Assembly (NCBI GenBank): GCA_903821465.1
Contig: CAIJLK010000298.1
Span: forward strand, 2,523-66,522
Source of the DNA: an uncultured Bacteroidota bacterium
GTDB lineage: Bacteria > Bacteroidota > Bacteroidia > Chitinophagales > Chitinophagaceae
Direction: 5' to 3'
Length of the DNA stretch: 64,000 nt
The notes under the pieces are model-generated. The model had not been told where the DNA came from. It did no database searches and worked only from the letters and a program-made list of their open reading frames with translations. Made by a program: the position numbers and the translations under genes. Every line of letters begins with the position of its first letter. Positions within the stretch are counted from its first letter, which is position 1. Positions 25,940 through 35,592 of the stretch are shown here, one piece after another.

Positions 25940-28084
25940 TTAATTTGTTAAAGCTGCTACTGTTGGCTTAGGCGCATTTTTAATATCAGTTCCTACTCTT
26001 TGCAAATATGCAATCAAAGCAAGAATTTCAGTATTTGTGCCGGCTTCCAATTTTTCTAATTTCAATCCAGTCTGAATTCTTTTCGCTTGTTCAAAAAGAT
26101 CAGCATTGGCTTGCAGGTCATACCCTTTTGCATATGGTACACCCAAGGTTGTCATAGCTCTAATCTTAGCAGGTGTAATAGCTGTATCAATTTTGTTTTC
26201 ATACAACCAAGTATAAGAAGGCATGACAGATCCTGGACTCATACTCTGAGGATCTTGCATGTGGTTAAAATGCCAGCTATCTGGATATTTACTTCCTATA
26301 CGAGCCAAATCCGGACCAGTTCTTTTACTACCCCACTGGAATGGATGGTCATATATAAATTCGCCCGCTTTACTATATTCACCATAACGTGCAACTTCAT
26401 CTCTGAAAGGACGAACCATTTGTGAGTGACACAAATAGCAACCTTCACGGATATAAATATCTCTTCCTTGTAATTCAAGTGGTGTATATGGTTTAACAGC
26501 AGCAATGGTTGGAATATTGCTCTTGATCAAGAAGGTAGGAACCAATTCTAAAATACCACCAATTGCAACAGCCACTAAGCTGAATAACAACATTTGAATT
26601 GGTCTAGCTTCGATCCATCTGTGCCAGTATAGTTTTCCATGTTTTTCTTCAACATGTTTTGCTTCCAAAGCAGGAGCTTCAGCAGCTTCATCTGCAATAA
26701 GGCTTCCGGCTTTTACTGTTTTCACAAGATTGTAAACCATTATTAAAACCCCAGAGAAGTATAATAAACCACCAATACTTCTAGTGATATACATTGGAAT
26801 AATATGGGTAACAGTTTCTAAGAATTGGAATTTTAAGGTTCCTTCTGGAGTAAATTGTTTCCACATTAATGCCTGAGTAAATCCTGCCCAATACATTGGA
26901 ATAGTATACAGAATAATACCAATTGTACCGATCCAGAAGTGGTTTGTCGCCAATTTTTTAGAATACAAAGGAGTATTATAAATTCTAGGAATTAACCAAT
27001 AGAGAATGGAGAAAGTTAAGAAGCCATTCCATCCCAATGCACCAACGTGCACGTGTGCAATAGTCCAGTCAGTAAAGTGTGTAATCGCATTTACACTCTT
27101 GATACTTAACATGGGTCCTTCAAAAGTTGCCATACCATAACAGGTAATTGCAACTACCATGAATTTTAAAATAGGATCTTCTCTTACTTTATCCCAAGCA
27201 CCACGTAAAGTGAACAAACCGTTCAGCATACCACCCCAAGATGGAGCAATTAACATGATACTGAAAACAGTACCTAAGCTTTGTGCCCAATCAGGTAATG
27301 CGGTATATAATAAGTGGTGAGGTCCAGCCCAAATGTATAAGAAGATCAAAGCCCAGAAGTGTATGATCGATAAACGATAACTGTACACAGGTCTGTTAGC
27401 AGCCTTAGGTAAGAAATAATACATAATACCTAAGTAAGGAGTAGTAAGAAAGAATGCCACCGCATTATGTCCATACCACCATTGTACCAACGCATCTTGT
27501 ACCCCTGCATAAACACTGTAGCTCTTTAACCAACTAAATGGTAATTCAAAAGAGTTAACTACGTGTAGCATGGTAACTGTGATCCATGTGGCTATATAAA
27601 ACCAGATAGCAACATATAGATGACTTTCTCTGCGTTTAAGGATGGTACCAAACATATTAATACCAAATACGATCCATATCAAAGCAATTAGAATATCAAT
27701 TGGCCATTCTAATTCGGCATATTCTTTACCAGAAGTATAACCTGCCAATAAAGTAATAGCAGCCAGAACAATAATTAATTGCCAACCCCAGAAATGGATT
27801 TTGCCGAGTAAATCACTAAACATGCGCGCTTTACATAAACGCTGTAAGGAATAGTAAACACCCATGAATATTCCATTTCCAACAAAGGCAAAAATCACCG
27901 CGTTGGTGTGAACAGGTCTTACCCTACCAAAAGTGGTAAAGGGCAACCCAAAATTGGCAGCCGGAAGATAGATTTGTACGGCTATCAATAGACCGGCAAG
28001 CATGCCTACAACGCCCCATAAAATGGTGGCAAAGGCAAATTGCTTTACAATTCGGTTGTCATAATAGAACTTTTCTACTTGCAT
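25940..28084 (-). CDS. ccoN: cbb3-type cytochrome c oxidase fused subunits I and II (CcoNO)
   Basis: RPVHTN, KEYAE, WWYGHNAV, GPHH, HVH; C-terminal EGCYLCHSQMVRP, WGSKRTGPDL. Confidence 0.97.
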   Translation of the reverse strand: MQVEKFYYDNRIVKQFAFATILWGVVGMLAGLLIAVQIYLPAANFGLPFTTFGRVRPVHTNAVIFAFVGNGIFMGVYYSLQRLCKARMFSDLLGKIHFWGWQLIIVLAAITLLAGYTSGKEYAELEWPIDILIALIWIVFGINMFGTILKRRESHLYVAIWFYIATWITVTMLHVVNSFELPFSWLKSYSVYAGVQDALVQWWYGHNAVAFFLTTPYLGIMYYFLPKAANRPVYSYRLSIIHFWALIFLYIWAGPHHLLYTALPDWAQSLGTVFSIMLIAPSWGGMLNGLFTLRGAWDKVREDPILKFMVVAITCYGMATFEGPMLSIKSVNAITHFTDWTIAHVHVGALGWNGFLTFSILYWLIPRIYNTPLYSKKLATNHFWIGTIGIILYTIPMYWAGFTQALMWKQFTPEGTLKFQFLETVTHIIPMYITRSIGGLLYFSGVLIMVYNLVKTVKAGSLIADEAAEAPALEAKHVEEKHGKLYWHRWIEARPIQMLLFSLVAVAIGGILELVPTFLIKSNIPTIAAVKPYTPLELQGRDIYIREGCYLCHSQMVRPFRDEVARYGEYSKAGEFIYDHPFQWGSKRTGPDLARIGSKYPDSWHFNHMQDPQSMSPGSVMPSYTWLYENKIDTAITPAKIRAMTTLGVPYAKGYDLQANADLFEQAKRIQTGLKLEKLEAGTNTEILALIAYLQRVGTDIKNAPKPTVAALTN

Positions 28085-28129
28085 GAGGATAGTTTGGTTT
28101 TGGTTTGGTATTAGCGATGATTAAAAGAT

Positions 28130-28312
28130 TTAAATGGATTCGACTTTTACTTGTTCAGTTTTTTCCTTTGCGGGAACTGAATCGAGTAACATCCGCATGG
28201 GCGGACTGATTTCGTCATTGTACTGACCTGTTTTAACACTCCAAAGGAAGGCTACTAAAAATAGCGCGGCTACAGATATACTAGCCAATAGCAGGATAAT
28301 AATAACACTCAT
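28130..28312 (-). CDS. ccoS: cbb3 oxidase maturation protein CcoS
   Basis: MSVI..LL..S...A..F...F.WSV..GQY.D...P..R.L. Confidence 0.9.
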   Translation of the reverse strand: MSVIIILLLASISVAALFLVAFLWSVKTGQYNDEISPPMRMLLDSVPAKEKTEQVKVESI

Positions 28313-28334
28313 AGTGGGTGGTGTTGTATTTTAG

Positions 28335-28400
28335 TAAAAGTAAATGTGCGTGAATGACCAATCCATGACAATACTCAACCCATTAGATGATATTTATCAT
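28335..28400 (-). promoter_or_regulatory. tandem FNR-like boxes plus -7 element for ccoS-ccoNOQP
   Basis: Plus-strand ATGATATTTATCAT (28387-28400) and ATGACAATACTCAA (28365-28378); TACTTTTA on the minus strand at 28335-28342. Confidence 0.75.
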
Positions 28401-28441
28401 ATATTAAATATAATCAATCAGCGTTTGAACTTTAAATTTAA

Positions 28442-30856
28442 TTATTTAAGGTTCATTTTCCAACTCAAGAAATTACTTGCTCCAAAACTTATTAGGAGAA
28501 TCGTTAAACTACTAGCCGGCATCAAAATGGCAGCAACCATGGGCGACAAATTGCCACTCACCGCAAAAGACTCTCCAACAATATTGTAAAGTATCGAAAC
28601 AATAAAGGCTGTCCATACTAAAACCTTATTTGCCTTGCACATGAATAGGAATTGATGAAATCTTGGAAGCATCGAAGCTTCGAGTATCACATCACTTGCT
28701 GGCGTAAAAGTTGCCGTGTTTTCGGTAATGGCAATTCCAACATCGGCCTGCTTCAATGCACCTGCATCATTTAATCCATCACCCACCATCATCACTTTTT
28801 TACCGGAAGCCTGAATTTTCTTTATAGCTTCTAATTTATCTTCCGGTCTCTGATGAAATAAGATAGGTGTATCCTTTCCTAATAATTGTTCTAAATATTC
28901 TTTTTCTCCTGCATTATCGCCACTTAGAATGGAAATAGGATAACCCAATTTTCTAAGCTTTTTCATCAAAGTAGGAACCTGATCACGATATTGATATCTA
29001 AATCCAAATCTTCCTACTACTTGTCCGTTCAAAGCAACAAATACTGCAGAATCGATTGCACTACCCTGCTCGGTTTTTTGAACAAAAAAAGATGACCCCA
29101 ATTTCAAATGATCACTTTCTACTGTTCCTTCAATTCCTTTACCTGGAATTTCTTTAAAATCCCTTACACTAATATTTTTAAGATCTGATTGCTTGGTCCA
29201 TCCAGCAATAGCTTTACTCATCGGATGGGTAGAGTGAGAAGCGAGTACCGCAATTTTTCTTTTGATTGAATCGCTTAAATCTTCACCCTCGTAATTAATA
29301 TCTTGATACCTACCCGTTGTAAGTGTACCCGTTTTATCAAATACGATATAATTGATCCCTGCAATATCTTCTATGGTTTGCGCATTACGCAGATAAAATT
29401 GATTTCTACCTAGACGCCGAAGAATATTTCCATTAGTAAAAGTATTACTCAATAATAATGAACAGGGACAAGCTACAATCAAAACAGCAGTTACTACTTG
29501 ACCAATTCTGGAAGGATCATGGAACCACCAATACGCAGCTGCTGAAGCTGCAATGGTAAATAAGATCCAAGTAAAATAGCGACTCAATAAATGCACAAAT
29601 GAGCGCTCGTCATCATTACGATCTTTTTGTAATTCAGATCTATTCCAGAGCTTGGTAAGATAACTTTGTGATACTTCTTTGATCACCATTAATTCAATAT
29701 TACTTCCAATTTGTTTTCCACCAGCGTAAACAATCTCACCCATTTCTTTTTCAACGGGAACTGATTCGCCAGTTACAAAACTGTAATCAATTAAAGCCTT
29801 TCCTCTAGTAAGAATGCCATCGGCAGGAATTAATTCTTGATGATGAATTAATAAAGTGTCGTCTAAAATAATATCAGGTAATGCTACAGATTCTGCTTGG
29901 TCATTTTTTATTCTAGTAACTGCAATGGGAAAATAAGCGGTATAATCTCGTTCGAAATTTAATTGCTGATAAGTCTTGTCTTGTAATACCCTTCCAATTA
30001 ACATGAAGAATACAATGCCAGCCATTGAATCAAAATATCCAGCTCCTGTTCCACTAAATACTTCATATAAACTCCGTGTAAATGCAACAACCACCGCAAG
30101 AACAATGGGCGCATCGATATTTAAAAATCCATGCTTCAGGCTTTTCCAAGCACTGATATAAAATTCTGAACTGCTATAAAAGAAAACTGGCAAACTCAGG
30201 ATAATATTCATGTATCTGAACGTGCCTTGTAAGAACATTTCCTGTGAATCAATTCCCAGATACTCAGGAAAACTAAACAACATAATATTGGCGAAACAAA
30301 ATCCAGCAACACCCAACTTATAAATTTTCGACATGTTTAAACTCGGTCGCTGCTGCTTTAAGTCCTTAAAACTAATATAAGGCTCATATCCAATCGACGC
30401 TAGTAATTCCGCCACCTGACGCATAGAAACATGCCGATGATCAAATACAATATCGGCTTCTTTTCTTTCGAAATTTACCTTCGAACTAAATACATATTCA
30501 TTCAGTCTATGTAAATTCTCTAATAGCCACAAGCAGCTGCTGCAGTGCATTTGAGGCAGATAGAAATTAACATGCGTCTCTGTTTCGTTGGCAAATATTT
30601 TTAAAGCGCTTTGGATTTTTTGATCATCGAGAAAGGCAAATTTATCTTCTCTTATTTTTATTCTTTGATTCGTGCCAGGATTATCACTGATAGTATAATA
30701 ATCACACATGCCTGTCTTATTCAGAATCTCAAAAACCATTTTGCAACCATCACAACAAAAATGTTTGTCATGTGCATCAATCGTTTTCTCATCGCAGTCT
30801 TCGCCACAATGATAACATTGCACTTTCGTTTTTTGCGAAACAGATAATTCTGACAT
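28442..30856 (-). CDS. ccoI: Cu-translocating P1B-type ATPase (CcoI/FixI)
   Basis: N-terminal CYHC/FCC.GC and HCSSC, TGES, ACPC, DKTGT, GDGLND. Confidence 0.92.
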   Translation of the reverse strand: MSELSVSQKTKVQCYHCGEDCDEKTIDAHDKHFCCDGCKMVFEILNKTGMCDYYTISDNPGTNQRIKIREDKFAFLDDQKIQSALKIFANETETHVNFYLPQMHCSSCLWLLENLHRLNEYVFSSKVNFERKEADIVFDHRHVSMRQVAELLASIGYEPYISFKDLKQQRPSLNMSKIYKLGVAGFCFANIMLFSFPEYLGIDSQEMFLQGTFRYMNIILSLPVFFYSSSEFYISAWKSLKHGFLNIDAPIVLAVVVAFTRSLYEVFSGTGAGYFDSMAGIVFFMLIGRVLQDKTYQQLNFERDYTAYFPIAVTRIKNDQAESVALPDIILDDTLLIHHQELIPADGILTRGKALIDYSFVTGESVPVEKEMGEIVYAGGKQIGSNIELMVIKEVSQSYLTKLWNRSELQKDRNDDERSFVHLLSRYFTWILFTIAASAAAYWWFHDPSRIGQVVTAVLIVACPCSLLLSNTFTNGNILRRLGRNQFYLRNAQTIEDIAGINYIVFDKTGTLTTGRYQDINYEGEDLSDSIKRKIAVLASHSTHPMSKAIAGWTKQSDLKNISVRDFKEIPGKGIEGTVESDHLKLGSSFFVQKTEQGSAIDSAVFVALNGQVVGRFGFRYQYRDQVPTLMKKLRKLGYPISILSGDNAGEKEYLEQLLGKDTPILFHQRPEDKLEAIKKIQASGKKVMMVGDGLNDAGALKQADVGIAITENTATFTPASDVILEASMLPRFHQFLFMCKANKVLVWTAFIVSILYNIVGESFAVSGNLSPMVAAILMPASSLTILLISFGASNFLSWKMNLK

Positions 30857-30915
30857 AAATTGAATTTACATTAAATTGCTTAAAAAGAATTGTACTAATA
30901 TTAAAACAAAAGCAA

Positions 30916-31443
30916 TTAATGATGCGCTTGGGTAGCAATTTTTGGATACAATAAACTTCCCTCTACATGTATCCACTGATATACTTTGCTTTCTAATTGG
31001 AACATTTCATTAACGCATTCTTTCCAATCTTTATGCCAGGAAGGCTGAATATTATAGTCTTGCAGCAAATGCCTTAATTTCTGTAGCAGATTTGTTATTA
31101 CTTGCTGACGCTGATGAATAGATTCTAATGCAGTTGATTGTAAGAAATGACCATCCTCTTTCCCTGTTTTGCCCTTCGTATTTTTCTTAATGGCTGGAAA
31201 TATGATGCCTGATTCTTTCAGGAAAAAATGCTTGATCTCATCATTTAATTTCATAAAAATTAAATGAATCAATTCAGACAAGGGGATGGATATATCTTTT
31301 CCGTATTGACTAGACAATAAGTAGCCTTCGATTTTACGGCACGATTCACTTATAGAAGGATGATATTCCCTCAAGATGAGAGAACATAAGCCTTCTGGGC
31401 TTAGTAATTCGTTTGAAACCGTTTCGTTTTGATTGATCAACAT
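30916..31443 (-). CDS. hemerythrin-like (RIC/YtfE-related) protein with degenerate iron ligands
   Basis: I...YH, H...KE..IIFP, L..LR.L..DY..P, IH.E..LLYP resemble the RIC C-terminal domain. Confidence 0.7.
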   Translation of the reverse strand: MLINQNETVSNELLSPEGLCSLILREYHPSISESCRKIEGYLLSSQYGKDISIPLSELIHLIFMKLNDEIKHFFLKESGIIFPAIKKNTKGKTGKEDGHFLQSTALESIHQRQQVITNLLQKLRHLLQDYNIQPSWHKDWKECVNEMFQLESKVYQWIHVEGSLLYPKIATQAHH

Positions 31444-31459
31444 CTACCTTTATTTACGT

Positions 31460-31525
31460 GCAAGATATTCAGGTAGAGATGTTTAGCAAATGACGGTACT
31501 CAATAACATGCATGATTTTTGTCAT
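31460..31525 (-). promoter_or_regulatory. tandem FNR-like boxes plus -7 element for the hemerythrin-like gene and ccoI
   Basis: Plus-strand ATGATTTTTGTCAT (31512-31525) and ATGACGGTACTCAA (31490-31503); TATCTTGC on the minus strand at 31460-31467. Confidence 0.75.
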
Positions 31526-31548
31526 GTTTTTAAGTGTCAAACTGCCCT

Positions 31549-32259
31549 TTAATCTTGTAGATTAGCCGTTTTGATAAGTTCTTTCTGGCGAAGTATTTTG
31601 ATCTTTTTACCATCCAATTCCACCATTCCATCTTTCTTAAATTCAGACAGTAATCGTATTGTAGATTCTGTGGCCGTACCAACTAAATTGGCAATTTCTT
31701 CGCGCGATAAACGAACACTTAAGGTAATACCATCAGCTTCGTAGCCATAGGTTTCTTTGATGAAGAGTAAGGTCTCAGCCAACCTTTCACGAATTGGCTT
31801 CTGTGCAAGATGCGTTAATTTTACCTCTGCCTTATGCAATTCATCGCTCAACAATTTCATCATTTCAAAAGCCAAGCCAGTATCGTTCTTAAGCACACTG
31901 ATAAACAATTCTTTGGGAATAAAACAAACCTGCGTATCCTCTAAAGCAATAGCACTGGCACTATATCTTTCACCACTCAAAAGTGCTCGATATCCTAAAA
32001 CATCTCCACCTCGTAATAAACGAATAATCTGTTCTTTACCATCATCTCCAAGATGCGACAATTTTACCTTTCCATCATTGATGCAATAAACGCCAAATGG
32101 GTAAGATCCTTCGTTAAAAAGAGTCTGACCCTTCTTGTAAATATTACAAATCTTCTGTTCGTTTATTTCTGAAATGAATTCCTGCTTAGCCTTACAAAAC
32201 ACTGATGTAAAGCGCTGGGCACAAGATTGGCAGGTAGTGGGATCATGAAAGTGGGTCAT
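31549..32259 (-). CDS. Crp/Fnr family regulator (FNR-like)
   Basis: N-terminal CxxC..C cluster, cNMP-binding fold, HTH LSREEIANLVGTATESTIR. Confidence 0.93.
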   Translation of the reverse strand: MTHFHDPTTCQSCAQRFTSVFCKAKQEFISEINEQKICNIYKKGQTLFNEGSYPFGVYCINDGKVKLSHLGDDGKEQIIRLLRGGDVLGYRALLSGERYSASAIALEDTQVCFIPKELFISVLKNDTGLAFEMMKLLSDELHKAEVKLTHLAQKPIRERLAETLLFIKETYGYEADGITLSVRLSREEIANLVGTATESTIRLLSEFKKDGMVELDGKKIKILRQKELIKTANLQD

Positions 32260-32425
32260 GAATTATTTTTATTTTTATTAAACCTAGCACTGAAGTTCGA
32301 CATAAACTTTCAACTTTCTATCACTGTTTATAAAAAACATTGACTTTCCTAAACATTCGTAAATAGCCTGCAAGTTAGTAATTAATTGATTTCAGTGGTC
32401 ACTCTCCCTTATTTTTACACCCAAT

Positions 32426-33457
32426 ATGGCCTATTTTAATTGGAACGATAGCATTAATTTACTCAAGAAAATTAGCTTAAAAAGGTTTTGGAATGCCTGT
32501 AAAGTGTTCAGTAGCTACCAGTTAACCAAAATCACAGGTAACCCAATCCATTGGGGCTACCCCATTTCCATTTCCTTCGAACCTACAACCTCCTGTAACC
32601 TCAGATGCCCTGAATGCCCCAGCGGTATGCGTGCTTTTACTAGGCCTACAGGGATGCTGCAAGAAGGCTTTTTCAAAAAAACGATCGACGAAATTCATCA
32701 GGAATTGCTTTATCTCATCTTCTATTTTCAGGGTGAACCCTTTCTTAACCCCGATTTTCTTGAAATGGTGAAATATGCGCATGAAAAGAAAATCTATACA
32801 GCCACGTCCACCAATGCCCATTATTTGACCGACGAAAAAGCGAAAGCTACTGTAGAAAGCGGTCTGGACCGCCTCATCATTTCTATTGATGGTACCAGCC
32901 AAGATGTTTATCAGCAATACCGTATTGGTGGGAATCTGGAGAAGGTCATAGAAGGTGCCAAGAATATTGTGAAATGGAAAAAAGCACTGAATAGTAAGAC
33001 CCCTTTTGTTTTTTTTCAGTTCCTTGTGGTAAAACCCAATGAACACCAAATTGAAGCCATCAAGCAATTAGGTGCCGAAATTGGTGTTGACCAAGTACGG
33101 TACAAAACAGCTCAGGTCTACGATTTTGAGAACGACCCCCACCAACTAATCCCTACAATTGATAAATACAGTCGCTATAAACTAGGCAAAGATGGGAAAA
33201 GGCAGGTAAAAAGCGGATTGAGTAACCATTGTTGGAGGCTTTGGCATGCCAACGTAATAAGTTGGGATGGCTTAGTGGTACCATGTTGTTTCGATAAAGA
33301 TGCCATGCACCAATTGGGAAATCTGAATAACCAAAGTTTCAAAGAGATTTGGAATAACGAAAATTACCACCAGTTTCGAAAAGAGTTGAGTACGAGCCGG
33401 AAAAACATTGATATCTGTTCAAATTGCAGCGAAGGCTTAAGGGTTTGGGAAGATTAA
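32426..33457 (+). CDS. radical SAM protein with SPASM/twitch domain
   Basis: CNLRCPEC, QGEP, SIDG, C-terminal C...PCC.D...GN...IWN...CxxC. Confidence 0.9.
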   Translation: MAYFNWNDSINLLKKISLKRFWNACKVFSSYQLTKITGNPIHWGYPISISFEPTTSCNLRCPECPSGMRAFTRPTGMLQEGFFKKTIDEIHQELLYLIFYFQGEPFLNPDFLEMVKYAHEKKIYTATSTNAHYLTDEKAKATVESGLDRLIISIDGTSQDVYQQYRIGGNLEKVIEGAKNIVKWKKALNSKTPFVFFQFLVVKPNEHQIEAIKQLGAEIGVDQVRYKTAQVYDFENDPHQLIPTIDKYSRYKLGKDGKRQVKSGLSNHCWRLWHANVISWDGLVVPCCFDKDAMHQLGNLNNQSFKEIWNNENYHQFRKELSTSRKNIDICSNCSEGLRVWED

Positions 33458-33577
33458 ATGTTAAAATGAGTCTTTTTTTTGAAAAAAAAATTCTGTTTTT
33501 AATGTTTTTTTAATGTTTACGCATTAATTTTGCACTTTCATCTTACACCATAAGATAAAAGCCGGACCTCTCTAAGC

Positions 33578-34033
33578 ATGGGCATAGAAAAAGACATACA
33601 GCAATATCAGTTCAGAAATGATTTTCAAAGAGCTGAGGTTAATCTCATTTTTACCTGTAATTGGCTAAACGAAAGGATCAAACAAATCATCGATGAAGCC
33701 GATATTACCACTCAACAGTATAATATATTGCGCATTCTAAGGGGCAGCAAGAAACCCTTAAGTACCCTTCAAATTCGGGATCGAATGCTCGATAAAATGA
33801 GTGATACTAGTAGAATTGTAGACCGACTAATTATAAAAGAATTAGTAGATAAATCTGTCTGCATTACAGATAAAAGACTAGTCGATATCTGCATATCGGA
33901 AAAGGGACTTCATTTATTGGAACAGCTAGATAGTCGCAATGGCGATATTGACCACCTGTTGCAAAATCTTACGAATGATGAAGCCTTGCATCTTAGCAGA
34001 CTACTTGATAAGATCCGTGAAAAAACACAATAA
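33578..34033 (+). CDS. MarR family transcriptional regulator
   Basis: QQYNILRILRG, MLDKMSDTSRIVDRL, DKR.V.I. Confidence 0.92.
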   Translation: MGIEKDIQQYQFRNDFQRAEVNLIFTCNWLNERIKQIIDEADITTQQYNILRILRGSKKPLSTLQIRDRMLDKMSDTSRIVDRLIIKELVDKSVCITDKRLVDICISEKGLHLLEQLDSRNGDIDHLLQNLTNDEALHLSRLLDKIREKTQ

Positions 34034-34110
34034 AATGTGCATTAAAGCTGACTGATTCAAATTCCTTCCACATTTTACTTTGCCTAAGAACATAAGTTTA
34101 AATTCGTGGG

Positions 34111-35592
34111 ATGAAGCTAATTAATACATTCAGCCTGATCTTTTTGTGCTGTCTTTCCTCAATTTCAGGTAATTCACAGTCACCCATCAATTATGAATTT
34201 CGGGCGGTATGGGTTGCTACTGTAGACAATATCGATTGGCCTAGTACGAAAAATATTTCTGTTGCAGACCAAAAAGCAGAATTCATCAAACTGCTCGACA
34301 TGCACCAACTGAATGGAATGAACGCTGTCATTGTTCAGATTCGCCCTGCTGGAGATGCACTATACCCTTCTCAATATGAACCCTGGAGCGAATTTCTTAC
34401 TGGAAAACAAGGTGCTCCTCCCATACCCTATTACGATCCTTTAGAATTCATGATCAAAGAAACACATAATCGTGGGATGGAATTTCATGCATGGATGAAC
34501 CCTTATCGTGCAGTATTTAATATGCAGAAATCTTCCATTGCTGCAACTCATTTAACCAAACTGCATCCTGAATGGTTTTTGGTTTATGGCAATAAAAAAT
34601 ATTTCAATCCTGCTTTGCCAGAAGTACGGCAGCATACTATTCGTGTAGTAAAAGATATTGTGAGTAGATACGATATCGATGCTATCCATATGGACGATTA
34701 TTTTTATCCTTATCGAATTGCAGGAAAAGAATTTCCTGATCAATCATCCTACTTGAAATATGGGAACGGATTGAATAAAGAAGATTGGCGTAGAAGTAAC
34801 TGCGATAGTATTATCAAACAATTGTATGAAACTATTCGTTCTACCAATCCCAGAGTGAAATTTGGCATCAGTCCATTCGGCATCTGGCGTAACAAAAGTC
34901 AAGACCCAATGGGGAGTGATACAAAGGGGGGACAGACTAATTACGATGATCTCTATGCCGACATTTTATTGTGGTTAGAAAAGGGTTGGGTCGATTATGT
35001 TGTGCCACAATTATATTGGGAACGTGGTCATAAACTAGCCGACTATGATGTGTTGCTTAATTGGTGGAATCAACATGTCTATGGCCGTCAATTGTATATT
35101 GGACACGGATTTTATCGTGCGGGAACTAATCCTGCCTGGAGAAATACGAATGAAATTCCTAAACAAATTGCTGCTTTAAGAAATTATAAAACCACAAAAG
35201 GAAGTGTGTATTTTAATAGTAAGGTATTTGAAAAAAATCCCTTGGGCTGGAACGATAGCTTAAGAAATAATTATTACTACTACCCTGCATTAGTGCCACC
35301 CATGCCATGGATTGATGATGCCATTCCTGTACAACCAACAGTTAAAAAGTCAGGGAATGGAATAATCGAACTCGCCAATTTTGGACCTGAAAAAATAAAA
35401 GCGTTTGGTGTTTTTATTCTTGATCAGGACCTGCCGGCAGAACTAGTAAATGCACAATTGGTACAAGTAATTGTTACTGAAAAAACAGCTCGCTTTGATC
35501 TTGCAAAAGTGCCTGATGCCAAAGGCAAAAGAATCTGCGTTGCATCGGTTGATCGAAACAATAATGTAAGTCAGTTATTAGAGCTAAAATAA
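34111..35592 (+). CDS. glycoside hydrolase-like family 10 (YddW/DigH-like) protein
   Basis: EFRAVWVATV.NIDWP, HAWMNPYR, IH.DDYFYP, GISPFGIW, PQLYW. Confidence 0.9.
   Translation: MKLINTFSLIFLCCLSSISGNSQSPINYEFRAVWVATVDNIDWPSTKNISVADQKAEFIKLLDMHQLNGMNAVIVQIRPAGDALYPSQYEPWSEFLTGKQGAPPIPYYDPLEFMIKETHNRGMEFHAWMNPYRAVFNMQKSSIAATHLTKLHPEWFLVYGNKKYFNPALPEVRQHTIRVVKDIVSRYDIDAIHMDDYFYPYRIAGKEFPDQSSYLKYGNGLNKEDWRRSNCDSIIKQLYETIRSTNPRVKFGISPFGIWRNKSQDPMGSDTKGGQTNYDDLYADILLWLEKGWVDYVVPQLYWERGHKLADYDVLLNWWNQHVYGRQLYIGHGFYRAGTNPAWRNTNEIPKQIAALRNYKTTKGSVYFNSKVFEKNPLGWNDSLRNNYYYYPALVPPMPWIDDAIPVQPTVKKSGNGIIELANFGPEKIKAFGVFILDQDLPAELVNAQLVQVIVTEKTARFDLAKVPDAKGKRICVASVDRNNNVSQLLELK

Noticed and set aside
25940-28084. 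CcoN-CcoO fusion as a novelty
   Set aside because: Normal arrangement in Bacteroidota
28344-28589. 81-aa plus-strand ORF across the ccoS promoter
   Set aside because: Overlaps ccoI antisense and the regulatory boxes; no coding evidence
32522-33067. 181-aa minus-strand ORF
   Set aside because: Fully antisense to the radical SAM gene
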